64,000 nt of DNA from Bacteroidota bacterium. GTDB lineage: Bacteria > Bacteroidota > Rhodothermia > JANXDC01. Where the stretch lies: contig AP024675.1 of assembly GCA_025998875.1 (NCBI GenBank), positions 821,589-885,588 of the forward strand. Reading direction: 5' to 3'. The notes beneath the pieces are model-generated. The model had not been told where the DNA came from. It saw only the letters and a program-made list of their open reading frames with translations, and ran no database searches. A program made the translations under genes and the position numbers. Shown here one piece after another: positions 36,733-46,407 of this stretch (the first letter of the stretch is position 1; each line of letters begins with the position of its first letter).

Positions 36733-38438
36733 CGCTTCATACGGTATCCGCCGTCCTCATGCACAAAGATCCAGGCGGCTACCTTGCCCGGCCGCAGGGC
36801 TTCTTCTGCGTCGGGTTGCCAGTACAGGCTATCGTGCGTCTCGGAACTGTCCAGGCGGGGTCCGATCCGTTGGCTATGCTCCAGTATCTGACGAGCGCGG
36901 CGAACCCAACAGGCCATGTTTTCCGGGCGCAGATCCACCCACCCCTGTTCAGCCCACCGATGCACATGTTCGGGTGTAATGCGCAGGTCTTCATTCCGGG
37001 CAGGGGGCTCGGGGATTTTGAGCTCAGCGCCCCGCCACCACCGTCGGCCGTCGGGGGCCAGAATCGCCAGGCCAATGGAGAGGATGCGCTGTCGAAGTTC
37101 GGGCTGGGTTTTGAGCCGACGCTCCAGGCGGGCAGAGAGCTGATCCGGATCAGAAACCGCCAGGGCACGCAGGGAGCCTACCTCCAGCCGGAGCAGATGC
37201 GCTTCCCAGAGCAACTTCGACAGCCTGGGAGGGCCGAGCATTTCGAAGGCCACCCCTTCCACCCCGTGCTCGCGCTCCAGCGCCTCCAGCATGGCCAGGG
37301 CCCGCGCTCGGAGATTGCCCGCTCGGTAGGTGGGTCCCAGCACGGACCCGTCGAGCGCATCGATGACGTCGTGGCCCGTGTTGCGCCCCTCCAGCTCCCA
37401 GCGCACCACCTGGGCGATCTCCTCCGGGGTGATGAACTCCATCTGCCCTTCCTCGGAGAGGATTTCAAACTCGCTTCGGGCGAAGACGCCGTTCTCCCCG
37501 GCATCGATAAAGGGGGCCTCCAGGTATCTACCCAGACGCACCACCCCTTCCTCGCTGTGCAGCGCCAGCAGCCCCCCGAAGCACAACTCCAGTGGCTGGG
37601 GGCAATCCTGCAGCTCGACGGGCCTTCCTCCCCGGTATACGGGGCCGTAGGCAATGCGCTTCCAGGCCACTGCAGCGGCCGGCTTGATTTCCTTGATGAT
37701 CGTGCGGCCCGGGGTACGGCCGAGCAGATACAAGAGCAGGGTGTGGGCCCCGGCCACGGCGGATTTGGAAAGCAACATACGAGAAGGCCTTCCCTCTGAA
37801 TGTGTGTAGGGCACGTTGAACCCCATGCCCCCGGTTCCGGTGGTGCCAACCTTGAGGTAGACCTCTGTGCCGGCCCGCTCAAGGGCACCGGCCAGGATCT
37901 GCACATGCCGAATCAGCTGGGGGATATACTGTATGGCCAGCACCTGCTCGACCTCCTCGCTCAGGGAATCCGACGGCGCGCCCCGTTCCAGCTCCTCAAG
38001 CAAGCGCTGAGAGGCAGTATAGACGTCCTGATAGGCCACGACCGTGGCCGTGTTGATACAGTCCACCACGAAGTGGGGCCGGTAGCCGGTTAGGATCTGA
38101 TAGAGCCAGTTGGCCGAAAGAATCTCCTCATCCAGCGTATCCCAGATGTCGCGCAGTAGACGCCGCCGCGTCTGAGGATCGGCCAGCAGCTCGCGAAAAG
38201 AGCGATCCTTCCAGCTGGCGCGCACCATCACATTGCCCCAGACGCCCTGGAGCTCGGGGGCGGAGCCGGTTGTGCCCATCTGTTCGGAAAGCTCCTCCAA
38301 CGCCTCCCCCACCTCGCGCTCCGTCAGGGCGGCGACAATGAGACGGCCCACCCCCGCCCGGATAAGCTCTCGACATACGGCACGGCCGACCAGGCCGGCA
38401 CCTCCCAGAACAAGCACAGTTTTTCCTTGCAGGCTCAT
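36729..38438 (-). CDS. Uncharacterised Rossmann-fold (SDR/KR-like) protein
   Basis: N-terminal VLVLGGAGLVG dinucleotide-binding motif; 569 aa; long C-terminal region of unrecognised function. Confidence 0.7.
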   Translation of the reverse strand: MSLQGKTVLVLGGAGLVGRAVCRELIRAGVGRLIVAALTEREVGEALEELSEQMGTTGSAPELQGVWGNVMVRASWKDRSFRELLADPQTRRRLLRDIWDTLDEEILSANWLYQILTGYRPHFVVDCINTATVVAYQDVYTASQRLLEELERGAPSDSLSEEVEQVLAIQYIPQLIRHVQILAGALERAGTEVYLKVGTTGTGGMGFNVPYTHSEGRPSRMLLSKSAVAGAHTLLLYLLGRTPGRTIIKEIKPAAAVAWKRIAYGPVYRGGRPVELQDCPQPLELCFGGLLALHSEEGVVRLGRYLEAPFIDAGENGVFARSEFEILSEEGQMEFITPEEIAQVVRWELEGRNTGHDVIDALDGSVLGPTYRAGNLRARALAMLEALEREHGVEGVAFEMLGPPRLSKLLWEAHLLRLEVGSLRALAVSDPDQLSARLERRLKTQPELRQRILSIGLAILAPDGRRWWRGAELKIPEPPARNEDLRITPEHVHRWAEQGWVDLRPENMACWVRRARQILEHSQRIGPRLDSSETHDSLYWQPDAEEALRPGKVAAWIFVHEDGGYRMKR

Positions 38439-38549
38439 GGCAGCAACATTCGAACTGGTTTATGAAGGCTATGTGTACGATACGGATGTGTTCGGGCGAA
38501 CACAGTAACCGATCGTATCATGGATCATGTTACGCGTCTTTAATTCAGA

Positions 38550-38586
38550 AATGCAAAGCCGGCCACACCAGAACGCGTGGCCGGCT
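38550..38586 (-). terminator. Probable terminator after ftsZ
   Basis: Minus strand AGCCGGCCAC-GCGTTCTGGT-GTGGCCGGCT followed by TTGCATTT. Confidence 0.65.
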
Positions 38587-38643
38587 CCGTGGAGGGTGAC
38601 CCCGAGGGGCCAGGTATAAAGAAACGACCCCGCACCCAAGAAG

Positions 38644-39867
38644 TCAATCCATAATGCGCCTCCAGAAGCTGGCAACCTGCGAGCCGGAGGAGTCCGAACG
38701 TGAGGACGACGGATCACGACCTGGGATTGGATCCTCACCCCCATTGGAGAAACGCGACCCCGGAGGCCTCTGCGTAGAAGCAGGCGGAGCAGGGGAATCG
38801 GCGGGGTGGGTGGGATTAGAAGAGGGTTTTTTGTTGAAGTACGTGGCGGGTAGCTGGTCCATATAGGAGATGGGCTCAGGGAACCCACAGGCCAACACGG
38901 TCACGCGCAGTTCCTGCGGATCCATATCCGGATCGATGATGATTCCGTGCATAACCTCCTCAACGCTTTCCCCACCCTCCTCGAAAAGAATATCCAGTAT
39001 ATCCCTCAATTCCACGGTCAATGGGGCTCCTCCGCTGGTAATGTTGACCAGTATATGCCGGGCCCCAGCGATGCTTCTTCCGTCCATCATAGGATGATGC
39101 AAGGCCTCTGTAACGGCCCTTGTTGCCCGATCGGCCCCCGAAGCCGAGGCGCTCCCGATGAGCGCCGAACCGCTGTTCCTCAAGACGGTATTCACATCGG
39201 CAAAGTCGAGATTGACGACGCCCGTGACCGTGATCACCTCGGCGATCCCTCTGACAGCGTTGTAGAGCACCTCGTTGGCCAGCTGAAACGCCCGCATGAT
39301 ATCCAGATTCTGCTGCTCTTCGGCCAGGGTCAGGAGTCGCTGGTTTGGGATCACGATCAGCGTGTCCACCTCAGAGCGCAGCTCTTCGAGGCCTGCCAGC
39401 GCCTTGCGCATGCGCCCGGGCCCCTCGTTGTGGAAGGGGATGGTGACCACGGCAACCGTAAGGATATTCAGCTGCCGGGCGATGCGAGCGACCACCGGTG
39501 TGGCCCCCGTGCCGGTACCTCCGCCCATACCGGCGGCCAGAAAGACCATGTCCGCCCCCTGGAGTACGGCGGCGATCTCTTCTTCCGATTCCAGCGCAGC
39601 TTCACGACCCACCTCGGGTCTGGAGCCTGCCCCGAGCCCGCGCGTGTATCGCCGTCCGATCTGCAGCTTCACCGGAGCAAGATTGGCCTCCAGATGCTGC
39701 ACGTCCGTGTTGATAGCGATGAAGTCGACGCCCCTGATCCCCTGCTCGATCATGCTGTTGAGGGCATTGCACCCTCCACCGCCCACACCGACCACCTTGA
39801 TCTTTGCGCCCTCCGGGAAAGGCACATCGATCACAAAGTCCACAACACCATCTCTATCTCTTGCCAT
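38644..39867 (-). CDS. ftsZ: Cell division protein FtsZ
   Basis: KVVGVGGGGCNA, GMGGGTGTG, NLDFADV. Confidence 0.98.
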   Translation of the reverse strand: MARDRDGVVDFVIDVPFPEGAKIKVVGVGGGGCNALNSMIEQGIRGVDFIAINTDVQHLEANLAPVKLQIGRRYTRGLGAGSRPEVGREAALESEEEIAAVLQGADMVFLAAGMGGGTGTGATPVVARIARQLNILTVAVVTIPFHNEGPGRMRKALAGLEELRSEVDTLIVIPNQRLLTLAEEQQNLDIMRAFQLANEVLYNAVRGIAEVITVTGVVNLDFADVNTVLRNSGSALIGSASASGADRATRAVTEALHHPMMDGRSIAGARHILVNITSGGAPLTVELRDILDILFEEGGESVEEVMHGIIIDPDMDPQELRVTVLACGFPEPISYMDQLPATYFNKKPSSNPTHPADSPAPPASTQRPPGSRFSNGGEDPIPGRDPSSSRSDSSGSQVASFWRRIMD

Positions 39868-39890
39868 GGCGAGGTCCCCGTGCTTGGCCG

Positions 39891-41153
39891 TTACGATTCA
39901 AACAAATTATCCTTGAGCCTCCGAAGCCACTGCCAGACCCTCGTAAATATATCCCCAAAGGAAGCCCCTGTATCTCGAGCCGAACGAATGAACATCCCTT
40001 CTTGAGCAGACAAGTCGAAAGCATACCGAATTAGCCCCACCCCGGTAGCGTATTTCGGGGAACGAATCTCATCCACTATACCGGCGTGTATGCCTACGGG
40101 CAGGCCGAGACGCGCCTCCAGCTCGAGCCTGTCCGAAACCAGTTCGGGAAGGCCGCGCAGAAGGGCGCCACCGCCGGTCAGCACCACACCCGCGGTCAGG
40201 CGCCGCATGTAGCCAGAGCGCTTCAACTCCTCGTAGACGCGGTCCAGGATCTCCTCCATGCTCGCCTGAATGAAGTGGGCCAGGGCACTTTGCTCGATGG
40301 TCCGCGGAGGACGACCACTGATGCCCGGAATGGTGATCTGGGCCACCTCTCGGATCAGGTCGGTTCTGGCACAGCCATAGTGAAGCTTCAGACTCTCGGC
40401 CTGCTCGGGCAGTAGCTGAAGGGCATGGCGGAGGTCATCGGTGACTTTGTTGCCCCCGAAGGGCACTACAGCCATGTAGCGAATCGTATTGTCCTCGAAG
40501 ACAGCCACATCCGTGGTTCCCCCGCCGATATCGATCAACGCCACGCCAGCGCGCTGCTCTTCTGGGTCCAGAACGGCCATCCCGGAGGCGAAGGGCTGCA
40601 GGACGATATCGGCCACTTCATATCCGGCGCGCTCTACACAACGCTGCAGATTGCGTATGGCCGTAACCAGGCCGGTCACCACGAGGAAAACCCCCTCCAG
40701 ACGCAAACCGGCCATCCCCACGGGGTTCTGGACCGCGTAGCGGTTGTCGACGATGAACTCCTGAGGCAGGATATGCAGGATCTGCCGATCCGGAGGGAGG
40801 GCAAGACGCTGGGCCTCCTCGGTGAGCCGGCGCACGTCGTTTTCCCGGATTTCCTCGCTTCGAATCGTGATGATAGCCCGGTTGATCAGGCTCTGAACGT
40901 GCTCCCCGGCGATGCCCACATAAAGGGCCTTTACCTCCACGCCCGCCATGCGCTCGGCCTCCTGGACGGCCTGCTGAATGGCCCGCATGGTGTGCTCGAT
41001 GTTGAGCACCACCCCCCTTGCCACCCCTGTCGAGAGCGCCTGCCCGAGCCCGAGAATTTTGATCTGCCCCCATTCATCGCGTTCTGCGATAACGGCGCAC
41101 ACCTTCGTGGTACCCACGTCCAGCCCGGCTACCAGCGCCCCGCTATTCATCAT
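39891..41153 (-). CDS. ftsA: Cell division protein FtsA
   Basis: GLDVGTTKV, IDIGGGTTD, VLTGGGALL, YATGVGL. Confidence 0.97.
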   Translation of the reverse strand: MMNSGALVAGLDVGTTKVCAVIAERDEWGQIKILGLGQALSTGVARGVVLNIEHTMRAIQQAVQEAERMAGVEVKALYVGIAGEHVQSLINRAIITIRSEEIRENDVRRLTEEAQRLALPPDRQILHILPQEFIVDNRYAVQNPVGMAGLRLEGVFLVVTGLVTAIRNLQRCVERAGYEVADIVLQPFASGMAVLDPEEQRAGVALIDIGGGTTDVAVFEDNTIRYMAVVPFGGNKVTDDLRHALQLLPEQAESLKLHYGCARTDLIREVAQITIPGISGRPPRTIEQSALAHFIQASMEEILDRVYEELKRSGYMRRLTAGVVLTGGGALLRGLPELVSDRLELEARLGLPVGIHAGIVDEIRSPKYATGVGLIRYAFDLSAQEGMFIRSARDTGASFGDIFTRVWQWLRRLKDNLFES

Positions 41154-41878
41154 CCGGATCCCTTGGGATTCTCTTTGGTGATCACCTGACCACGATATCG
41201 GAGGTCCACTTCCTGAACGCCTTGCCCTCTACGGGGCAACAGTACTTGCCGGTAGAATGCCTCAAAGGCCACCCACTGCTCCTCGACCCGAACCGGCTCG
41301 ACTCGCACCGGCACATAGCCAAGCGTGGTGTACAATACGAGCTCCGGACCGGGCCGTATGACGATCTCGGCCACAAGCGCGCTCCGTCGGGGATCTTGCC
41401 TCAACCACCGTAACCAGGGCAGGATCGCCCTCATAGCCGTATCGGTGCGAACCAGACCGATCGTGTATGGAGGCCCGAGGCCTCGTACCCACAGCACACC
41501 GGCCAGCGGGCGCTCCGGCTCCGGCAACAGACGCCCCTCTTCGTCCAGAAACCGGTCGGGTCGTTCGCTGAGGCGAGCTACCGGCATACGTTCCTCGACC
41601 GAAACGACCCACGTATCCGGTAGACGCGACCGAATACGTACGGCGCGAATATAGGGATGACGAGCCAGTCGACGCTCCCAGACTGTCCAATCCACCCCGT
41701 AAAGCGGAGACCCCAGCTCAGACAACAGGGGACGAATCAGCGTGGAATCGGCCACCAGGCGATTCCCCTTGACCACCAGTCGGCTGGCGATCAGCCGCTC
41801 CCGCCACTGCCACAGCCCCACCCCCAGACCGATGAGGAGCAGGCAGAAGAAAAGCACCCGTATTTCGCGGGAACTCAT
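41150..41878 (-). CDS. ftsQ: Cell division protein FtsQ/DivIB
   Basis: Single N-terminal TM, POTRA region, VEERMPVA, DLRYRGQV; lies between murB and ftsA. Confidence 0.85.
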   Translation of the reverse strand: MSSREIRVLFFCLLLIGLGVGLWQWRERLIASRLVVKGNRLVADSTLIRPLLSELGSPLYGVDWTVWERRLARHPYIRAVRIRSRLPDTWVVSVEERMPVARLSERPDRFLDEEGRLLPEPERPLAGVLWVRGLGPPYTIGLVRTDTAMRAILPWLRWLRQDPRRSALVAEIVIRPGPELVLYTTLGYVPVRVEPVRVEEQWVAFEAFYRQVLLPRRGQGVQEVDLRYRGQVITKENPKGSG

Positions 41879-42774
41879 CCGAACCCCTCTCCGACCAGCT
41901 CAATTTCCAACTCCAGTTCCACCCCGAATCGGTCACGTACGGTCTGCCGAACATGCTCAATCAAGCGCCACATATCGCGAGCGGTAGCCGAACCCGTATT
42001 GACGAGGAAATTGGCATGGCGTGGGGAAACCATGGCCCCGCCGATGGAAAACCCCTTCAGCCCGGCGGCCTCGATCAAGCGGCCCGCATAGTCGCCCGGG
42101 GGATTCTTGAAAATGCTTCCCGCGTTGGGCATATCCAGAGGCTGGGTTCTATTGCGGCGATCGAGCAGCTCGCGCCTGCGTCGAAGCGCCTCCTTCGGGT
42201 CTACGGAGGGCAACTGGAGCACAGCCTCCAGCACCACGCTGCCCTTCAGATCCGTGTACCGGTATCCATACTGAATCTCTTCACGCCGCCTTACCTGGTG
42301 ACATCCTCCCTGGACCAGCTCCACCTCGCAGAGGTACTCAAAGAGCTCTACCCCGTAAGCGCCGGCGTTCATGATCACCGCCCCCCCCACGGAGCCCGGC
42401 ACCCCTCCGAGCCCCTCTATGCCCCCCAGCCCACGCCGCAGACACTCCAGCACCAGCCTGGGCAGGGCATATCCGGCGCCGACCGTTACCCGATTGCCCT
42501 CGATGCGCAGATACTCGAGCGTATGGCCCAGGGCCACGACCACGCCCCGGATCCCCTCATCGCCCACAAGGATATTGGTACCGCGGCCCAGGATGAAATA
42601 GGCTATTTCCCGCTCCTGGAGCCATGTCATGATCCGGATGACGTCCTCCTTATCGGCCGGAACGATGAACACATCCGCCGGCCCTCCGATGCGCAGGGAA
42701 GTGTGCCGGCTCATGGGCTCTCGAAGCCGGATTTCGCCACGCAACAACCGTCGGAGCCTGTCCAGTTCGATCAT
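41875..42774 (-). CDS. murB: UDP-N-acetylmuramate dehydrogenase
   Basis: HTSLRIGGPA, GVPGSVGGAVIMNAGAYG, AGSIFKNP, HANFLVN, LELE. Confidence 0.96.
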   Translation of the reverse strand: MIELDRLRRLLRGEIRLREPMSRHTSLRIGGPADVFIVPADKEDVIRIMTWLQEREIAYFILGRGTNILVGDEGIRGVVVALGHTLEYLRIEGNRVTVGAGYALPRLVLECLRRGLGGIEGLGGVPGSVGGAVIMNAGAYGVELFEYLCEVELVQGGCHQVRRREEIQYGYRYTDLKGSVVLEAVLQLPSVDPKEALRRRRELLDRRNRTQPLDMPNAGSIFKNPPGDYAGRLIEAAGLKGFSIGGAMVSPRHANFLVNTGSATARDMWRLIEHVRQTVRDRFGVELELEIELVGEGFG

Positions 42775-44186
42775 CCCTGCCTCGCACCCCAGCGCGTCCA
42801 GGCTTCCTGAACGATACGGTATACGTCCCCCGCCCCCATGCTGAGCAGCATATCCCCCGGCAAAAGCCATCGGGCCAGGTGCTCCTCTAGCTCCGCTCGA
42901 TCCGCCACGTAATGGACGTGGCGATGGCCGAAGCGGCGCGCCGCATCGACGATGAGGGTACTGCTAACGCCCGGGATTGGCTGCTCCCGAGCCGGATAGA
43001 TATCGAGGACCAGCAACACATCCGCGTTCAGAAACGCGCGGGCGAAATCCAGGAACAGATCCCGCGTACGGCTGTAGAGGTGAGGCTGAAAGACCACGAC
43101 CAGGCGCCGATCCGGCCATCCGCTGCGCGCCGCCTCGAGCGTGGCCTGTACTTCAGTCGGATGGTGGGCGTAGTCGTCTACCCATATCACCCCGCCGTGC
43201 TCTCCCCGTAACTGAAAGCGCCGCTCCACCCCGGTGAAGGACGCCAGCGCCTCCACAATGGTCGGAAAATCGATCTCCAGTTCTAAACCCACCGCTATCG
43301 CCGCCAGGGCGTTTTGGACGTTGTGCCGACCCGGAACCGAGAGCCTGACCCGTCCCAGCGCCCGCTCGCCGTGCAGGACGGTAAATGCGCTGTAGAAGCG
43401 GTCCAGCTCCACCCCAACGGCCCGGAAATCGGCCTGGGGAGAAAAGCCGTATGTGACCACCCGCCGCTCCAGGCGGGGCAGAAGGCGGGGCAGATTGGCA
43501 TCATCCAGACACAGAATGACAGACCCATAAAAGGGCACCTTGCTGGCAAAAGTCAGAAAAGCTTCTTCGAGTTCTTCCAGGGAGCTGTAGATGTCCGTAT
43601 GCTCCAGATCCAGCGTGGTCAGCACCGCCCAGGTAGGGCTCAGCTGCAGGAATGTGCGATCGTATTCATCGGCTTCTACGACGATCAGATCGCCGGACCC
43701 CGGCACGGCGTTGGTCCCGAAGACCCCCACGCGCCCCCCCACGATGATCGTGGGATCGTAGCCTCCCCGGGCCACCACGAGCCCCACCATGGAGGTGGTG
43801 GTCGTCTTCCCATGGGTGCCGGCTATCCCGATCCCATATTTGAGCCGCATGAGCTCGGCCAGCATCTCCGCCCGGCGAATGGTGGGGATTCGCAGCCGAC
43901 GGGCTTCCCGGGTCTCTGGGTTCTCCTCCGGGCGCACAGCCGAGGAGTAGACGACCACATCGGCCCCATGCACGTGTTCGGGGGCATGCCCCTCGTAAAT
44001 GCGCGCCCCCAGTCGCTGGAGGTGTTCTGTGAGTTCGCTTCTTTTCAGATCCGAGCCAGAGACCACAAACCCCAGACGGAGCAAGATCTCGGCGATGCCG
44101 CTCATGCCGATCCCCCCGATCCCGACCATGTGTACATGCCGGGTTCGGCCCAACAGACGGGAGCGACGCAAGGGTGAGCCCGTCAT
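42771..44186 (-). CDS. murC: UDP-N-acetylmuramate--L-alanine ligase
   Basis: GIGGIGMSG, GTHGKTTT, EADEYD, DDYAHHPTE, FQPHLYSRT. Confidence 0.97.
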   Translation of the reverse strand: MTGSPLRRSRLLGRTRHVHMVGIGGIGMSGIAEILLRLGFVVSGSDLKRSELTEHLQRLGARIYEGHAPEHVHGADVVVYSSAVRPEENPETREARRLRIPTIRRAEMLAELMRLKYGIGIAGTHGKTTTTSMVGLVVARGGYDPTIIVGGRVGVFGTNAVPGSGDLIVVEADEYDRTFLQLSPTWAVLTTLDLEHTDIYSSLEELEEAFLTFASKVPFYGSVILCLDDANLPRLLPRLERRVVTYGFSPQADFRAVGVELDRFYSAFTVLHGERALGRVRLSVPGRHNVQNALAAIAVGLELEIDFPTIVEALASFTGVERRFQLRGEHGGVIWVDDYAHHPTEVQATLEAARSGWPDRRLVVVFQPHLYSRTRDLFLDFARAFLNADVLLVLDIYPAREQPIPGVSSTLIVDAARRFGHRHVHYVADRAELEEHLARWLLPGDMLLSMGAGDVYRIVQEAWTRWGARQG

Positions 44187-45286
44187 ACGCCGTTTCGCTC
44201 CTCTAGAAGCTCCCGAACCAGCTCTGCGATCTGCTCGGCGGCTCTGGGCCGAGCCAGCTCCAGGGCGCGCGTGGCCATGCGCTGACGCGTATCGGTGTCT
44301 TCAGCCAGCGCCCGCAGCACGGGGCCGAGCCCTGCCTCGGCCTTCGCGTCTTCCAGTACAACGGCCGCCCCAGCGCGAAGAAAGACCTCCGCGTTGCGCC
44401 GCTGATGGTCGGCCACCACATGGGGGGAGGGCACCAGAACGGCGGGCAACCCCGCACAGGCCAGCTCGCTGAGCGTGAGCGCGCCGGCTCGGCAGACCAC
44501 CACATCGGCCGCCCCGTATGCCTCGGCCATGGCCTCCAGAAACGGACTCATATACAGCCGCGCATGGGGTCCTATCTGCCCTTGAAGCTGCCCGTAAGCG
44601 GCCGGACCCGTCTGCCAGAGCACCTGCCATCCGGCCTCCAAGTACGCATACACCCAGCGCTGCATGGCCCGGTTGATGGTTTCCGCCCCCAGACTGCCCC
44701 CCATGGCCAGCACCGTGAACCGATCCGGATCAAACCCCCATCTGCCGGCGGCCTGCGTACGGGGAATCGTTCCGATATCGGCCCGCACGGGGTTTCCCGT
44801 TACCCGAACCCGATCCCGAGGGAAAAACGGCGCTGCGGCCTCGAAGCCCACACATACCCATCGGGCCCAGCGGGCGAAATATCGGTTGGCCAGACCCGGA
44901 TAGCTGTTCTGCTCCTGCAATATGTAGGGAATGCGACACAGCACGGCCGCCGTCAGCACGGGAACGGCCACGTACCCTCCGGTGGCCACCACGACGCAGG
45001 GCCGAAAACGCCGCACCAGCCTCAGAGCACCCCGCAGCGCTCGGCTCAGAACGAAGGGCAACGCCGCGTTGCGCCACCACCGCCGGCGATCCAGACCCCG
45101 AGTGGGAATCGGATAAAACGGATATCCGGCCCGGGGTACCACTTTCGCCTCCAGACGCTCGGCCGTACCCGCAAAAGCGAGTTCGACTTGGGGACACAGC
45201 TGACGCAAGGCGTCGGCTATCGCCACGGCGGGATAGACATGTCCTCCCGTACCACCACCTGTCAGGAGCACGCGCGGGCTCTTCAT
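44183..45286 (-). CDS. murG: Lipid II GlcNAc transferase MurG
   Basis: GGGTGGHVYP, EQN, TGNPVR, GGSLGA, RAGALT, HQRRNA. Confidence 0.97.
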   Translation of the reverse strand: MKSPRVLLTGGGTGGHVYPAVAIADALRQLCPQVELAFAGTAERLEAKVVPRAGYPFYPIPTRGLDRRRWWRNAALPFVLSRALRGALRLVRRFRPCVVVATGGYVAVPVLTAAVLCRIPYILQEQNSYPGLANRYFARWARWVCVGFEAAAPFFPRDRVRVTGNPVRADIGTIPRTQAAGRWGFDPDRFTVLAMGGSLGAETINRAMQRWVYAYLEAGWQVLWQTGPAAYGQLQGQIGPHARLYMSPFLEAMAEAYGAADVVVCRAGALTLSELACAGLPAVLVPSPHVVADHQRRNAEVFLRAGAAVVLEDAKAEAGLGPVLRALAEDTDTRQRMATRALELARPRAAEQIAELVRELLEERNGV

Positions 45287-46407
45287 CCTCGCCTCCGGGC
45301 CTGACGGGAAACATTGAGCACAATACCCGACTGGGCGCAGCTGACCACGAGAGCCGTCCCCCCATGGCTGACAAAGGGCAGTGTCTGGCCGGTCACGGGA
45401 GCCAGGGCCAGGGTAATGAAGGCATGGGTGAGGGCCTGCAGGACGAGATTACCCACCAGGCCGGCAGCCAGAAAAAGACCGAGCGTATCCGGGGCTCGGG
45501 GCGCTATGAAGAAAATCCCCCGGACAAAGAGCATGAGAAACAGGCCCATCACCCCCGCCGCCCCCACCAGGCCGTATTCTTCGGCAAGTATGGCGAATAC
45601 GAAATCGTTATACGGCAAGGGCAGGAAATCCCGCTGCAGGCTTTTGCCCATGCCCACCCCCAGAATCCCCCCGTTTGCAACGGCGATCAGGGATTGCACG
45701 ACCTGATAATCCTCCCCCAGCACATCGAGCTTTTCTCCCCTCAACAGGGCATAAAAACGTTCCAGACGTTCCCATCGATACGGCCCCTGCCAGAGCGCAA
45801 ACCCGACCAGCGCGGCACCCAGAACCCCCAGCAGGACCAGCTGGCGAAAGGGAATACGCGCCAGGATGAGCAACAGGAAGGAGGAAAGGATCAGCAACAG
45901 CGCCGCGCTTAAACTGCTCAGACCGAGCAGGAAAGCGCCCAGCCCGATCCAGAACAGCGCCGGCAACAGCGCCCGATCCATTTCCCGGATATAGCGCTGC
46001 TTGCGTTCCAGAAGTGTGGCCAGAAAGACGAGCAGAGCCACCCGGGCTATCTCCGAAGGCTGAAACGTCAACCCGGCCACCTCCAGCCACCGCGCCGAGG
46101 CGCTCAGCGAACCCTTCAACAACAGCACACCCCCGACCAGAACCAGAGACAGCGGAGCGGCCAGCCGGCTCCAGCGCGCCACCAGGTGATAATCCAGCCG
46201 GCTGAAAAGTGCCAGCACAACAAGACCGATGGCCACATGCGCCAGACGCCGGACAAAAATACCCCCCAGCGTTCCTCCGGACCCCGGACCCAAGGTCGAG
46301 CCCATGGCCGAAAGCGCCACCCAGGTGCCCAACAACACCAGGGCAAGGACCGTCCAGAGAAAAACGCGGTCCACGGGAGTGGCAAGCTCGGTGGCCGTGT
46401 GCTTCAT
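45283..46407 (-). CDS. ftsW: Peptidoglycan glycosyltransferase FtsW (SEDS)
   Basis: RWL...FQPSE, YQVVQS..A...GG..G.G.G.S, DFVFAILAEEYG, P.TGQTLPFVSHGG. Confidence 0.93.
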   Translation of the reverse strand: MKHTATELATPVDRVFLWTVLALVLLGTWVALSAMGSTLGPGSGGTLGGIFVRRLAHVAIGLVVLALFSRLDYHLVARWSRLAAPLSLVLVGGVLLLKGSLSASARWLEVAGLTFQPSEIARVALLVFLATLLERKQRYIREMDRALLPALFWIGLGAFLLGLSSLSAALLLILSSFLLLILARIPFRQLVLLGVLGAALVGFALWQGPYRWERLERFYALLRGEKLDVLGEDYQVVQSLIAVANGGILGVGMGKSLQRDFLPLPYNDFVFAILAEEYGLVGAAGVMGLFLMLFVRGIFFIAPRAPDTLGLFLAAGLVGNLVLQALTHAFITLALAPVTGQTLPFVSHGGTALVVSCAQSGIVLNVSRQARRRG

